The translations under genes were made by a program, and so were the position numbers. A stretch of 63,671 bases of DNA, counting the filler, from Lenisia limosa (Eukaryota; Protista; Breviatea): NCBI GenBank assembly GCA_001655205.1. It is 8 parts of 8 records of this genome, joined end to end, with 100 filler letters (N's around TTAATTAATTAA, not from the genome) between each part and the next. Parts side by side here need not be neighbours in the genome. Positions count along the whole stretch, not along the records: positions 1 to 19,184 come from LPNZ01003031.1; positions 19,285 to 40,880 come from LPNZ01009324.1; 6 more parts are not named here. The stretch is one strand, 5' to 3'. This document shows positions 11,885 through 23,000 of this stretch, piece by piece (position 1 is the stretch's first letter; each line of letters begins with the position of its first letter). The notes under the pieces were generated by a model. That model saw only the letters and a program-made list of their open reading frames with translations, ran no database searches and was not told where the DNA came from.

Positions 11885-14800
11885 TTATTCTTGGCTTACA
11901 TAATTGTTGCCTTGGCCACCCATGCCTGAGTTGTACTGGTTCATGTTGCCCATCATATTGTTGTTCATTCCCATGACAGCGTTGTTGTTCATCATGTTGT
12001 TGTTCATCATCATGTTGTTGCCCATCATCATGTTGTTGTTGTTTATGTTGTTGCCCATCATGTTGTTGCCCATCATCATGTTGCTGTTGTTCATGTTGCC
12101 CATCATCATGTTGTTGTTCATGTTGTTGCCCATCATGTTGTTGTTCATCATGTTGTTGCCCATCATGTTGTTGTTCTGCATGCCGGAACCACCCATGGAA
12201 GCGAAGTTGTTCTGTCCGTTCATGGAAGAGAAGTTGTTCTGTCCACCCATTGACGGGAAGTTGCCTTGGCCCATGGAGGCGTAATTGTCCTGCGGTTGCG
12301 GCATGGGGTAGTTGTTTTGCGGGGAAGGCATCGGGGCCTCAGAAGTCAGCATACTCGTCTCCATAGCACTTGAAGTACTAAAGGGTCAAATAAAGAACAC
12401 CAGCCGATATTTGAAGCTCTTGTGCGCCTTTGTGTCATAATCAGACCATACCTTGAAATGTCGATAGTTTCAGAGCCGTTGATGGAACTCGTGGCAATGT
12501 CTGTGGTGTAGCCTCCTCCTTGCATGTTCTATTTGATCAATACATTTCTCAGTGTTGAGACAAGTCACTCCCCCCCACCCCATCAAAGGAAGTGGCATAA
12601 GCCGTGCCGTAGTCTGCACTGCCCATTGTGCTGTCCATAGAAGGCATGGCGTGGCTGTCGAAGTTGCTGTTGAGGTTGGTGCTCATGATGGCGGAGGAGT
12701 CGTCTGAGATGTCGGCTGTGACAACCTCTTCTGAATCGTCGAAGTACATGTGTCTGTCCGCCTTGGTGCAATACGTGATCTTGAAGGAGGTTTGTCGTCC
12801 TGGAAGGTGACTTCGGGTCGCAGAAGAATGATGTTGCCCCCATCTCGCATACCAAGACAAAGGACTTCTCCATCGTAGATCGGGCATCTTTCCTTATAAA
12901 GACAACTTCCTAGAGAGGCAAAAGTCAGACCAGATCCGTTCAGGTTCTCTCAGTATCAACCCCACGTACGTTCTTTGCCTTCGTTATCGACAATGGATGT
13001 GAGGCCTCTTTCGGTCAGAGCTTTGACCACAAACTCCTGCTCGTCTGCGCGCCAGTAAATGGCGCAATGCATGCCTAAATGGTGAGAGCACAAACACGGA
13101 GAGAGGCCATGCCAATCGCATACGGGAAACAGTGTCATCGCCGTTCGGGTGGTCGCGTNNNNNNNNNNTTCGTCGAAGTACATGTGTCTGTCCGCCTTGG
13201 TGCAATACGTAATCTTGAAGGAGGTTTGTCGTCCTGGAAGATGACTTCGGGTCGCAGAAGAATGATGTTGCCCCCATCTCGCATACCAAGACAAAGGACC
13301 TCTCCATCGTAGATCGGGCATCTTTCCTTATAAAGACAACTTCCTAAACAAAAGTCAGACCAATTTAGTTCAGTTCTCTCAATATAAACCCCACGTACGT
13401 TCTTTGCCTTCGTTATCGACAATAGATGTGAGGCCTCTTTCGGTAAGAGCCTTGACCACAAACTCCTGCTCGTCTGCGCGCCAGTAAATGGCGCAATGCA
13501 TTCCTAAATGGTGAGATCACGAACACGGAGAGAGAGGCCATGCCAATCGCATACGGGAAACAGTGTCATCGCCGTTCGGGTGGTCGCGTTTGGAGGGAAC
13601 AACTAACTCACAACCCTGAAGTGTCAAGAGATGCAGGCACTGAAGCGCAACAAGACCAAAGAAAGCCCCCCTCCCACAGCCGAAGTAGATCTTCCGATCT
13701 TCATGGCCTTACGGGTTCCGACGTCGAAGGTTTGTCCCCTGAGGGCGCCTGTTTGGCCCTGTTTTGTCAGCCCCATATCAGAATTAACCAGACAAGCTGG
13801 CAAGGAACGGGTGGAGTTGATAATTCGGACATGCCAAGTTCTAAGTCAACGCAAACCTCGAGAACGCAGAGGGTGTCTTCAGGCCGTCTCTTCTGCTGCC
13901 TGGTAGTCGTACCCAAGTCGGCCTATTACGTATAAGAATGGCTGCATCCACTCGCATAAGTAACAAAGCACCCCCTACTTCGCCTTCAATAAGCTGCATT
14001 TCAGAGCACAGGGTTTCATCTCCACCTTCCTAATATGGTAAGTGAAGTTCATGTTAGGAAAGGTCTTCATTAAACCACTTACGCCAGTGGCAATGTTGGT
14101 AATCTTCCTGACTTCCTCTTCCCTTTCCTTCTCCTCAATTCGGGACATGATGTCACCCTTGTATTGCGGACCGGAGCCGAAACATTCCTAATATGGTAAG
14201 GCGTGTTGAAGACAGCTACACAAACCTTGAGCTTCCAGTAAATGAGGGCCATGGTGTAGGCCTCTTCGGCTTCAATGTTCTTCTGCTCAACTTCGCCTGG
14301 GGTGTCAGGAGGGCACCGAATAAGGCAACAACAAACCTCGCATGACCTTGACTCGATACTGCATCTCAATGATGATGGAGAAGAAGATTAGGCACAGCCT
14401 GAATGGTGAGGTGAAATACAGACTATGGACACGAATTTCTGAGCAAGGCGTACGTGACAATGATGGCGGCGATACAAATGACAATGGCAATTGCAAAGAA
14501 GGCCCAGAAGATGTTGTCACCGATTCTCCACAGAATGAAGCCGAAAGTCAGCACAAACACAGAGGACCCCTGAAAGGTTGGTCAACACATCTGGCGGTGA
14601 ACTGAAGATGGGAAGAAGCCTACAAGACAGATGTTTTCCAGCCCGTTGATACGCTGCGAGCGGTACGGCTCTGCCCATCGGTTGAGAAGGTAGGCGAATG
14701 CCTAGAGTGTTAAGGAGGCAGGGGGAGGGCTCGGCTTACCAATGCCAAGAGAGCTCCGGAGACTTGCAGCCATGTTTGATTGATGAAGAAAACCTTCGAG

Positions 14801-17800
14801 AACAGAATCATAAGCTATGAAGTGAGGGAATGCGAAGGTAGAGGGAAGAGGAAACCAGGCAGAAGCAGACCTTTCTGAAGATGACGACAAGCTCCCAAAG
14901 GTAACATCCATCAGTGTAACGCAAGTAAATGAGACCACAGAGGTACACAGACGAATCGGAATCCAAAGTGNNNNNNNNNNAACCGAATTAGGCAACAACA
15001 AACCTCGCATGACCTTGACTCGATATTGCATCTCAATGATGATTGAGAAGAAGATCAGGCACAGCCTGAATGGTGTGAGGTGAAATACAGACTATGGACA
15101 CGCATTTCCGAGCAAGGCGTACGTGACAATGATGGCAGCGATACAAATGACAATGGCAATCGCAAAGAAGGCCCAGAAGATGTTATCACCGATTCTCCAC
15201 AGAATGAAGCCGAAAGTCAGCACAAACACAGAGGACCCCTGAAAGGTTAGTCAACACGTCTGGCGGAGAACTGAAGATGGGAAGAAGCCTACAAGACAGA
15301 TGTTTTCGAGCCCGTTGATACGCTGCGAACGGTACGGCTCTGCCCATCGGTTGAGAAGGTAGGCGAATGCCTAGAGTGTTAAGGAGGCAGGGGGAGGGCT
15401 CGGCTTACCAATGCCAAGAGAGCTCCGGAGACTTGCAGCCATGTTTGGTTGATGAAGAAAACCTTTGAGAACAGAATCATAAGCTATGAAGTGAGGGAAT
15501 GCGAAGGTAGAGGGAAGCAGGAAAACAGGCAGAAGCAGACCTTTCTGAAGATGACGACAAGCTCCCAAAGGTAACATCCGTCAGTGTAACGCAAGTAAAT
15601 GAGACCACAGAGGTACACAGACGAATCGGAATCCAAAGTGTTACGTTGCCTATGACGTTAATAGGGTCTTAGGGGGGGGGGGTAATGCAATCAAGACCCC
15701 TCAAACATAAAGAGCAGGATGAAGAACATGATGGGGATGCCGACACCATAAATGACCAGGAAGGTGATGATGGTGGGCAGAAGGTCGTACCACCAGTCGT
15801 CGTAGCAAACGTGAATGGCCTCGTCTGGCATGAAGCGGTCCTCTCCATCCACTCTCTACACAGTAAAACAGAAAACCGACAAACCTTGCATTCGAAGAAG
15901 GAAACCAGCGTGTCGGCAAGGGTCAAATACGCCACGCCAAGCAGCGTAAAGTAAGCGTTGAATGAGCGGCGGAACATCTGCTTGATGTAACTTCCGGGGT
16001 CGATGTGGCGCGTGGGGCACATGAACTTGGAGACAAGCATGTAGATCAGGAAGATGNNNNNNNNNNGGCGTTGAAGGAGCGGCGGAACATCTGCTTGATG
16101 TAACTTCCAGGGTCGATGTGGCGCGTGGGGCACATGAACTTGGAGACAAGCATGTAGATCAGGAAGATGATGAAAAGGATGAGGAGAACAAGGAAGAACA
16201 GAAGGGGCAGCGACAGCTTCATCCACATTCTGTTTTCGAACGACATGTTACCGACGGTACATTCAGCCTGCGTTGTGAGTGCGATCAAACTTGGCCAAAT
16301 AGCCCACCTTGATGAACTCCCAGTTGAGGTTGAAGATTTGAGAGAGTTTAAACGTGAAAGTCACCTCATCAGGCCACTTCAAATCGAAATCACCAAACAG
16401 TCCAACAACCTGAGGTATCAGCAATTATGTGCACAACAAAATACATCCAAGACTATCTCAACCCTCCCACTTGAACAAAGTTGAATCCGACAGTGATAGA
16501 GGCGTAGTANNNNNNNNNNAAGCGACAGCTTCATCCACATGCGGTTCTCGAACGACATGTTACCAACGGTACATTCAGCCTGCGTTGTGAGTGCGGTCAA
16601 ACTGGGCCAAATAGCCCACCTTGATGAACTCCCAGTTGAGGTTGAAGATTTGAGAGAGTTTAAAAGTGAAAGTCACCTCATCAGGCCACTTCAAATCGAA
16701 ATCGCCAAACAGTCCAACAACCTGAGGTATCAGCAATTATGTGCACAACAAAATACATCCGAGACTATCTCAACCCTCCCACTTGAACAAAGTTGAATCC
16801 GACAGTGATAGAGGCGTAGTACGCGGCTAGGTTGTGAGGGAAGGAAAGAGAAGGGCAGCAATCATTCCATGCAGAAACATGTAGCGTACCAGTGTGGCTT
16901 TGAGCGGTCATTCTGAGCAAAATGGCACCCACAATGAAGATGAGAATGATCATGAGGATCAGGAGGTACTTGGCATTGTCCGGGCAGATCTAAGGAATGA
17001 ATACACTGCAAAATTGACTTACGTTACAGACGCCGTCAGCCTTGTAGTATCCCATAATGCAGTTGGTGCATCTGTCCCCCTCATAACCAGTAGCACAGGC
17101 CTCATCAGCACGTCCTGGGGGTGAGAGCCTCATTTCTATTCCAGATACCAACCTCCAAGACACGCCGCCGCCACCACGCACTGCAGGAATTCGGGCTGGC
17201 CGTTCTCCAGTGTTTCACCTACGAGTTAGAGACACAGCTGACTCACAACTCACCACTATCCCAGCATCCAGGCAGGGCCACGGGGTACTCATCACCGCCC
17301 GGACAGTCGCCACATGACGGACACTCTTCGCACTTGTTGGTGTCGGGTGACGTGTAGAACAAGGGACGGCACCAGCATCTTGGGGACTACTGTGTTAAAC
17401 ATATTGGCAAAGTCAATTCCTGAGCCCCTCTTACGCCCTCCGGGGAGTATGACGTGTTCGGGTTGTCATCGGAGCCATAGACACTGGAGCAAAGGTCGCA
17501 GGAGGAGCCGCCGGCAGTGGACTTAAACTGGTTGGCGGGGCAAGGGGTGCATTTTGAGGCGCCCTCATTGGCGGCAATGTATCCCGCTGGATGGTCATGT
17601 TGGCGGAACAGGACGAATCATACCAGGACAAGGGGTGTCACAATCGGGCTGGCCGAGGCTGGGGTTGTAGTACCCAGGCAGGCACTTTTTACACTCATAT
17701 TGGCCGACTTCAGAGGAGAACTACAGTGTGAGGGATGAAGGGCTTGGGCGATTTGCCTTGTATTCGTACCTGTCCTCTTGGGCAACGTGTGCATGCAGAA

Positions 17801-19184
17801 GCGCCAGCCAGTGAGTATCTTCCCTTGACACATTCCTAAAAAGTCAATTCACGACTGTTTCGGGTTTTCTTTCAGTTCCCTTGAAAAGAAAAGCAACAAT
17901 TCAGCAATAACGCATAAATCCGAGGACAGCAACACACCTCGGGGTCGACCTGTCCAACTTCGCAGTAGTGGCCATGGGGACATTCAGTGCACTCATCCAC
18001 AGTGGTGTTGGTCTGGGTGTAGGAGCCTGCTGGGCATGGCTCGCAAGTCTCCCATGACTTCTGCGAGTAGTGACCCACGGGACACGGGTCGGGGTTCTTT
18101 TGCCCCTCCGAACAGCTGTAGCCGGCCGGACAGTCGAGACAACTGCTTGTTAGACGCGTTTGGACATTGAACAATGAGACGGCAAGATATACGAAGCGTA
18201 CTAAGAAAGCCCGATCATGGGTGCGTAGCTTCCGGCAGGACAAGGCAGGCAAGTCGTGGCACCAACAGGAGACCAATATCCGGCTGGGCATGGCTACGGG
18301 TATGAGAACATGGTCTAATTCACAAGTCCAGTCCAGTCCAGTTCAGTTCAGTTCCTCACCTCGGGGGCGGTTGATCCTTCGAAACAGATGTAGCCCGTGG
18401 GACAAGGCTTGCACTCGCTCTGAGCCTGCTGGTCCTGGTAAGAGCCCTTTGTACAAAGAACAGCTTCGGTGGCGCGAGTGGCTTCGACAAATGAACCAGT
18501 CTGAAATATCAATCATGAAAACAGCAATGCTCCGCCAATGTGGCACGTGACATACCGGAGAGGGCTCACAGAGAGACGTGTTGCCAAGAGTTGAGAAGTA
18601 GCCGATAGCACAAGGGTCACAATCTGCTGAACCAGGCTACAACGTAAGGTCGTCATATGCACGGATACGGAATACGGAATATGGATCATGATAATGGCAA
18701 CAGCTCAGCTTCGCCAGCAGGAAACACAGGGAAGAAGCCAACCTCAACAGAGTGGAAACCGGCAGCACAAGGCACACAGAGGTCCTTGGTCGTGGCTCCT
18801 GTAATGGGTTGCATGGAACCTACAGGAGTCAGCAAACAGAGGACAATATATTGGCTCTACTAATAAATGGTACCATGACACCCATGACACGATAAACAGT
18901 CAAACCCACCCGGATAACAAACGGAGCATGACGCGGTTTGGTGGTTCTCGGTGTACGTTCCGACAGGGCAGAACGAGCAATGGTCCTACAACGTCAGCGG
19001 CAGCCGTCAAACAAAGCCCTCACCTGGCCCTCCATATCCTGGTACATGCCGGGTCTGCAGTCTGTACAATACTCCTGGCCGTCAGCCTCGCCATACGTTC
19101 CGACAGGACACGCCAGACAGTCGACGGCGCTGGTGGAAGCCGTCTCGTTGTTGTACGTCAGCATGGGGCAGGCGTAGCAGAAGG
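11885..19184 (-). CDS. Gene B: GCC2/GCC3 repeats + ~9-TM membrane domain (TRP/FLC PF06011-like protist family) + cytoplasmic FHA domain + Asn/Met-rich low-complexity tail; 5' end truncated by scaffold end
   Basis: Cys repeats (CLACPVGTYGEADGQEYCTDCRPGMY; CTPCPANQFKSTAGGSSC; CATGYEGDRCTNCIMGYY). Membrane region (FNFVQVVGLFGDFDLKWPDE, NLNWEFIKAEC, LVIYGVGIP, GLIYLRYTDGCYLWELVVIFRK, EPYRSQRINGLE). FHA (MKIGRS...DTVSRMHCAIYW...YDGEVLCLG). Tail ends NNYVSQE-TAA at 11885. Confidence 0.85.
12737..13588. other. Probable haplotype/scaffolding duplication (12737-13158 vs 13171-13588) around a 10-N gap
   Basis: Near-identical direct copies flank exactly 10 N. Exonic differences I checked are synonymous (ATC/ATT Ile); the larger differences are intronic. 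Confidence 0.8.
14315..15640. other. Probable haplotype/scaffolding duplication (14315-14970 vs 14981-15640)
   Basis: Direct copies separated by 10 N; a synonymous exon difference (TCG/TCA Ser) and small intronic indels. Confidence 0.8.
15955..16819. other. Two further probable haplotype duplications (15955-16036 vs ~16047-16156; 16188-16509 vs 16520-16819)
   Basis: Copies flank ~10-N gaps; synonymous changes GGC/GGT, GAG/GAA, CGC/AGA. Confidence 0.8.
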
Positions 19185-19284
19185 NNNNNNNNNNNNNNNN
19201 NNNNNNNNNNNNNNNNNNNNNNNNNNNNTTAATTAATTAANNNNNNNNNNNNNNNNNNNNNNNNNNNNNNNNNNNNNNNNNNNN
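19185..19284. other. Artificial scaffold-joining linker
   Basis: 44 N + TTAATTAATTAA (stops in all six frames) + 44 N. Confidence 0.97.
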
Positions 19285-19839
19285 TTCGAATTCGAAGTAT
19301 CCAATAGATGTGATTGGAACTGCTACTTCTTTCTTATATTTGTTATTGAAATTGGAAATTATGACAAATAGACAAATATGGTAGATTGCAGATGGATGAC
19401 AGCAATGTTGATGAAGTTGAAAAGTCTGTGTTGTCTGTCTGTCTGTCTATCTATACAAACAAAATGTTTTGTGTATGTGACCTGCGAGAGCGCATGCGGC
19501 AGGTGTGTAAGGAAGATGTTGTGTGCGATATGCTCATTTTTTAAGGGGACGTCATGACGTCTTGCCCTTTTATTCCGCCCCCTTTCACCACCTCTCACTC
19601 TCTTTTGCTTGAATTCAACAACAATAATAATAATCATAGAATCATAGATAGGATAATCACTGGTTGTTGATGAACCACCCACTCTTCATTCGAAGTTGAC
19701 CCCATCTAACCCCAAGGCGGTCAAACCCTTCTTGGATTGGTCTTAAAAAACGCAACTCCTGCAATCGCGGCTCCTCTTTTTGAGGCTGAGAGTCAGAGTA
19801 AGAGGGTTTTGGCTATTCCTCAAAACGAGTTGCACCCTG

Positions 19840-19914
19840 CAGTGACTGGGATAAGTCTTGACCGTTTTGCAGTGTAATTTCCAAAGGAAAATCGGACAAG
19901 ACTATCCCGGTACT
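19840..19914. mobile_element. Tc1/mariner-type MITE (family 2), eroded; an isolated right TIR is also at 42839-42862
   Basis: CAGTGACTGGGATAAGTCTTGACC...GGACAAGACTATCCCGGTAC. Confidence 0.7.
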
Positions 19915-20048
19915 TTAGTAGTATACTCATCACACCGGTCGACGCGTTCCCCTACTTCGCATCAGCCAAGAAGTCGTATATTACGAGTATAGTGTACCTC
20001 CGCATCAGTCCCCTTAGCATCCCCTCTTATCATGATGACACATTCAGG

Positions 20049-23000
20049 ATGGCGCTGAGCTTGAGGGCTTTGTTCGCAGTCAACAGGAGGGGCAAAGTGG
20101 TTCACTCCAAGCGGTGGCCTAACAACGAGAGTCTTACAAGTGCACTCTACAGGTTTGTGTAGGGTAAATAGAGCGGCATTAGTTGGGATAACTCTGAACT
20201 TTCACAAAATGAAGTAGTTCCGAAACAAAGAGGGGGGAGGGGGGCAAAACAGAATTGTATGTGATACGTTTGATGTTATTTATTGAATGATATTATGGAC
20301 ATGTCCTCCAATGTTGTTGGATGTAAGAATATATCGTTGCTGTTCTTTTTTCTTTATTCCTGCTTTTTTTAGTTACATGGTTACAGTCGTTTCTTTCCTC
20401 TTTCATTTTCCTATTATCTCTATTTTTTGATAGTGAAGAAGTAAGAACTAACTCATATCCGTGATAGTTGGAAAAGTTAATGTTCATTACCACAGCCCCT
20501 GATATAGATCTTGAGATCGGTGTGACATAAGTGGCGGTTGAGAACAGCAGGAAAAAAACTCTTCTGATCAGATTCACAATTAGACTCATTCCAGACAATC
20601 CGATAAATGGGAACTGGTACTAAAATGTTCAGTTTTTTTTAGGTTTCGGACGACATATGACAGCGATAGACATGAGTAAGAATACCGAAATAGAAGAAGT
20701 AAAAGCTGATTGCTTGACATGGTCAGTTACATCGGTTTTTCTCTTAAAAAATCGAACTTTCAGTGATACTGCATTATACACAGCAGAATACTCCATACGA
20801 AAACCGCTGTCAGTACCTGTCGATACCTACAAGAGACTGCATATGGTTTTGATAGCCGGCTCTTTCTTCACTATGCACTTTTGGTTAACACTCTGAAATC
20901 ATAAAGTACACTTTTTTACACTTCGCTGATGCTGTTTCGCAGACAAACCTACCCGTTCCTCCCACTGTATTGCCTGTTTTATTCTACTCCCCCAGGGCTG
21001 GAAACGCAGCATTTGTCCCCCTGGAGAGCGATATTTTCATTGGGCGGGCTCTTATGGAGGTATGGGTAGAGGGGTTTATTGATTGTGGATCATTTACTTC
21101 AATTTATCACTTCAAACCCTCACGTGCATCTCAAAAACTCAACTGATAAAGTCGATTTGAAAGATATATGTATGTTTCACTCCCGTAGGTTGCTACTTCG
21201 CACATAGACAGCCTGCACGTGACGGAAAAATCCTTAATAACTGACGCGGCTAATCAGCTTGAAAATGGCCCTGTTGTTGAACTGCAAAACAATTCCGGAC
21301 CCTTCGTTTTTGTCACTATTGTGGGGGGATGGTTTGTTACGATTGTGGTGGGGTAGNNNNNNNNNNNNNNNNNNNNNNNNNNNNNNNNNNNNNNNNNNNN
21401 NNNNNNNNNNNNNNNNNNNNNNNNNNNNNNNNNNNNNNNNNNNNNNNNNNNNNNNNNNNNNNNNNNNNNNNNNNNNNNNNNNNNNNNNNNNNNNNNNNNN
21501 NNNNNNNNNNNNNNNNNNNNNNNNNNNNNNNNNNNNNNNNNNNNNNNNNNNNNNNNNNNNNNNNNNNNNNNNNNNNNNNNNNNNNNNNNNNNNNNNNNNN
21601 NNNNNNNNNNNNNNNNNNNNNNNNNNNNNNNNNNNNNNNCAAGAAGGGTCATTTGTTACATGAGCTGAGGTATCGTTCCTTTGTGTAGCAACCCATTACC
21701 ATCTTCACCCCTCCAGGAAGAAGGCATCATTGCACTATCCCCTGTTGCCGCACCGGACTGGAAAGCCAGAGATGATGACAAGTATGGAATGAGGGGACAT
21801 TGCATAAGAATAACCTCTACAATATCCTTGGGCTAACATGCTAGGTTATGGGTGACGGCAGCAGTGGAGCTTTTGGAACAGATTGCGGCCGTGCTCAAAC
21901 CAAGCTTCCAACAGGTGAGAGTTTGAATCTTTCATCCTAGCACCCCCATGGAACCTTTTTTCACCAATTCCATTTTCATTTGTTGTTTTCCGTAAGTCCT
22001 ATGATTCACCTTAGTGAGTTTGATGCCGCCTACTCCATCATTTTACTATATTCGCACCCCCCCCCCCNNNNNNNNNNNNNNNNNNNNNNNNNNNNNNNNN
22101 NNNNNNNNNNNNNNNNNNNNNNNNNNNNNNNNNNNNNNNNNNNNNNNNNNNNNNNNNNNNNNNNNNNNNNNNNNAGCTGTTGCCGTTTGGCCGACCCGCA
22201 CCCTCACTTTCTGTGGACTATGTTGGGAGGGGGGGTCGCCTTTACTCCATATTAATGCTCTAATAATCATATGATATATTATATACTATATAATTTAAAA
22301 GATGGGGATACAAAAATATGGAGCTGACTTAACAAGTGTGTCGTCTATTAGCCTCTTTTCTTAGCCTGTATCTTGAGGTTGTTTTATAAACTCCTAATTT
22401 AACCTCCCCCAGGCCAAGGCCAAAATCAAAGAAAGCTCAGTGTCAAAAGACGAGCTAGAATCCCCAGTAGGTGTTAACATCCTTATTTGAATAAAGAATA
22501 TTGCTGTAAATAACAGCAAGGTAATCCCTAAAGCAAAGCAGCAAGCTTAAATGGTAAACATCATCGAAATATGTGTTTGCTCATGATTATGCGGCTGAAT
22601 CAGTATTTCCTGTGTCATCCCACTTTAGAGTCTGATATGATAAATTTTTCAAAGGATTTGACCAGGCTTTGATACAAATAGAACATTAAATATCAATACC
22701 TTTTTCAAAGGGATATGGCCAGTTGATTCAAGTGGACCATTAATATTGATACCTTTTTCAAAGGGATACCTTGATACCTTTATAATTTTCCAAACACTCT
22801 TGTCAATAGTTCATTTTGGTTCATTTCTGATCCGAATAGATCCACTTCTCCCAGCCAATGTCGGGCAAACCAGGTCGACTCAAAGCAAGTAGGAGGGATG
22901 GGGAACTCAGCTGGATATCTGGGGGGGGGGTATTCATATCATGAGTTCGATTTGGTCCAATGACAATTGTCTGAATTATCACCGTGCTTTAAACAGAGAG

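Noticed and set aside
11904-12284. 126-aa plus-strand hydrophobic ORF (MLLPIIMLL...)
   Set aside because: It is the antisense shadow of the Asn/Met repeat exon of gene B.
12737-16819. Tandem exon duplications or Dscam-like mutually exclusive exons in gene B
   Set aside because: Every pair is split by a ~10-N gap and differs mainly at synonymous or intronic sites, the pattern of unmerged haplotypes. Not formally excluded without long reads.
19229-19240. TTAATTAATTAA palindrome recurring seven times
   Set aside because: Always centred in an identical 44N-12-44N block; it is an artificial six-frame-stop linker.
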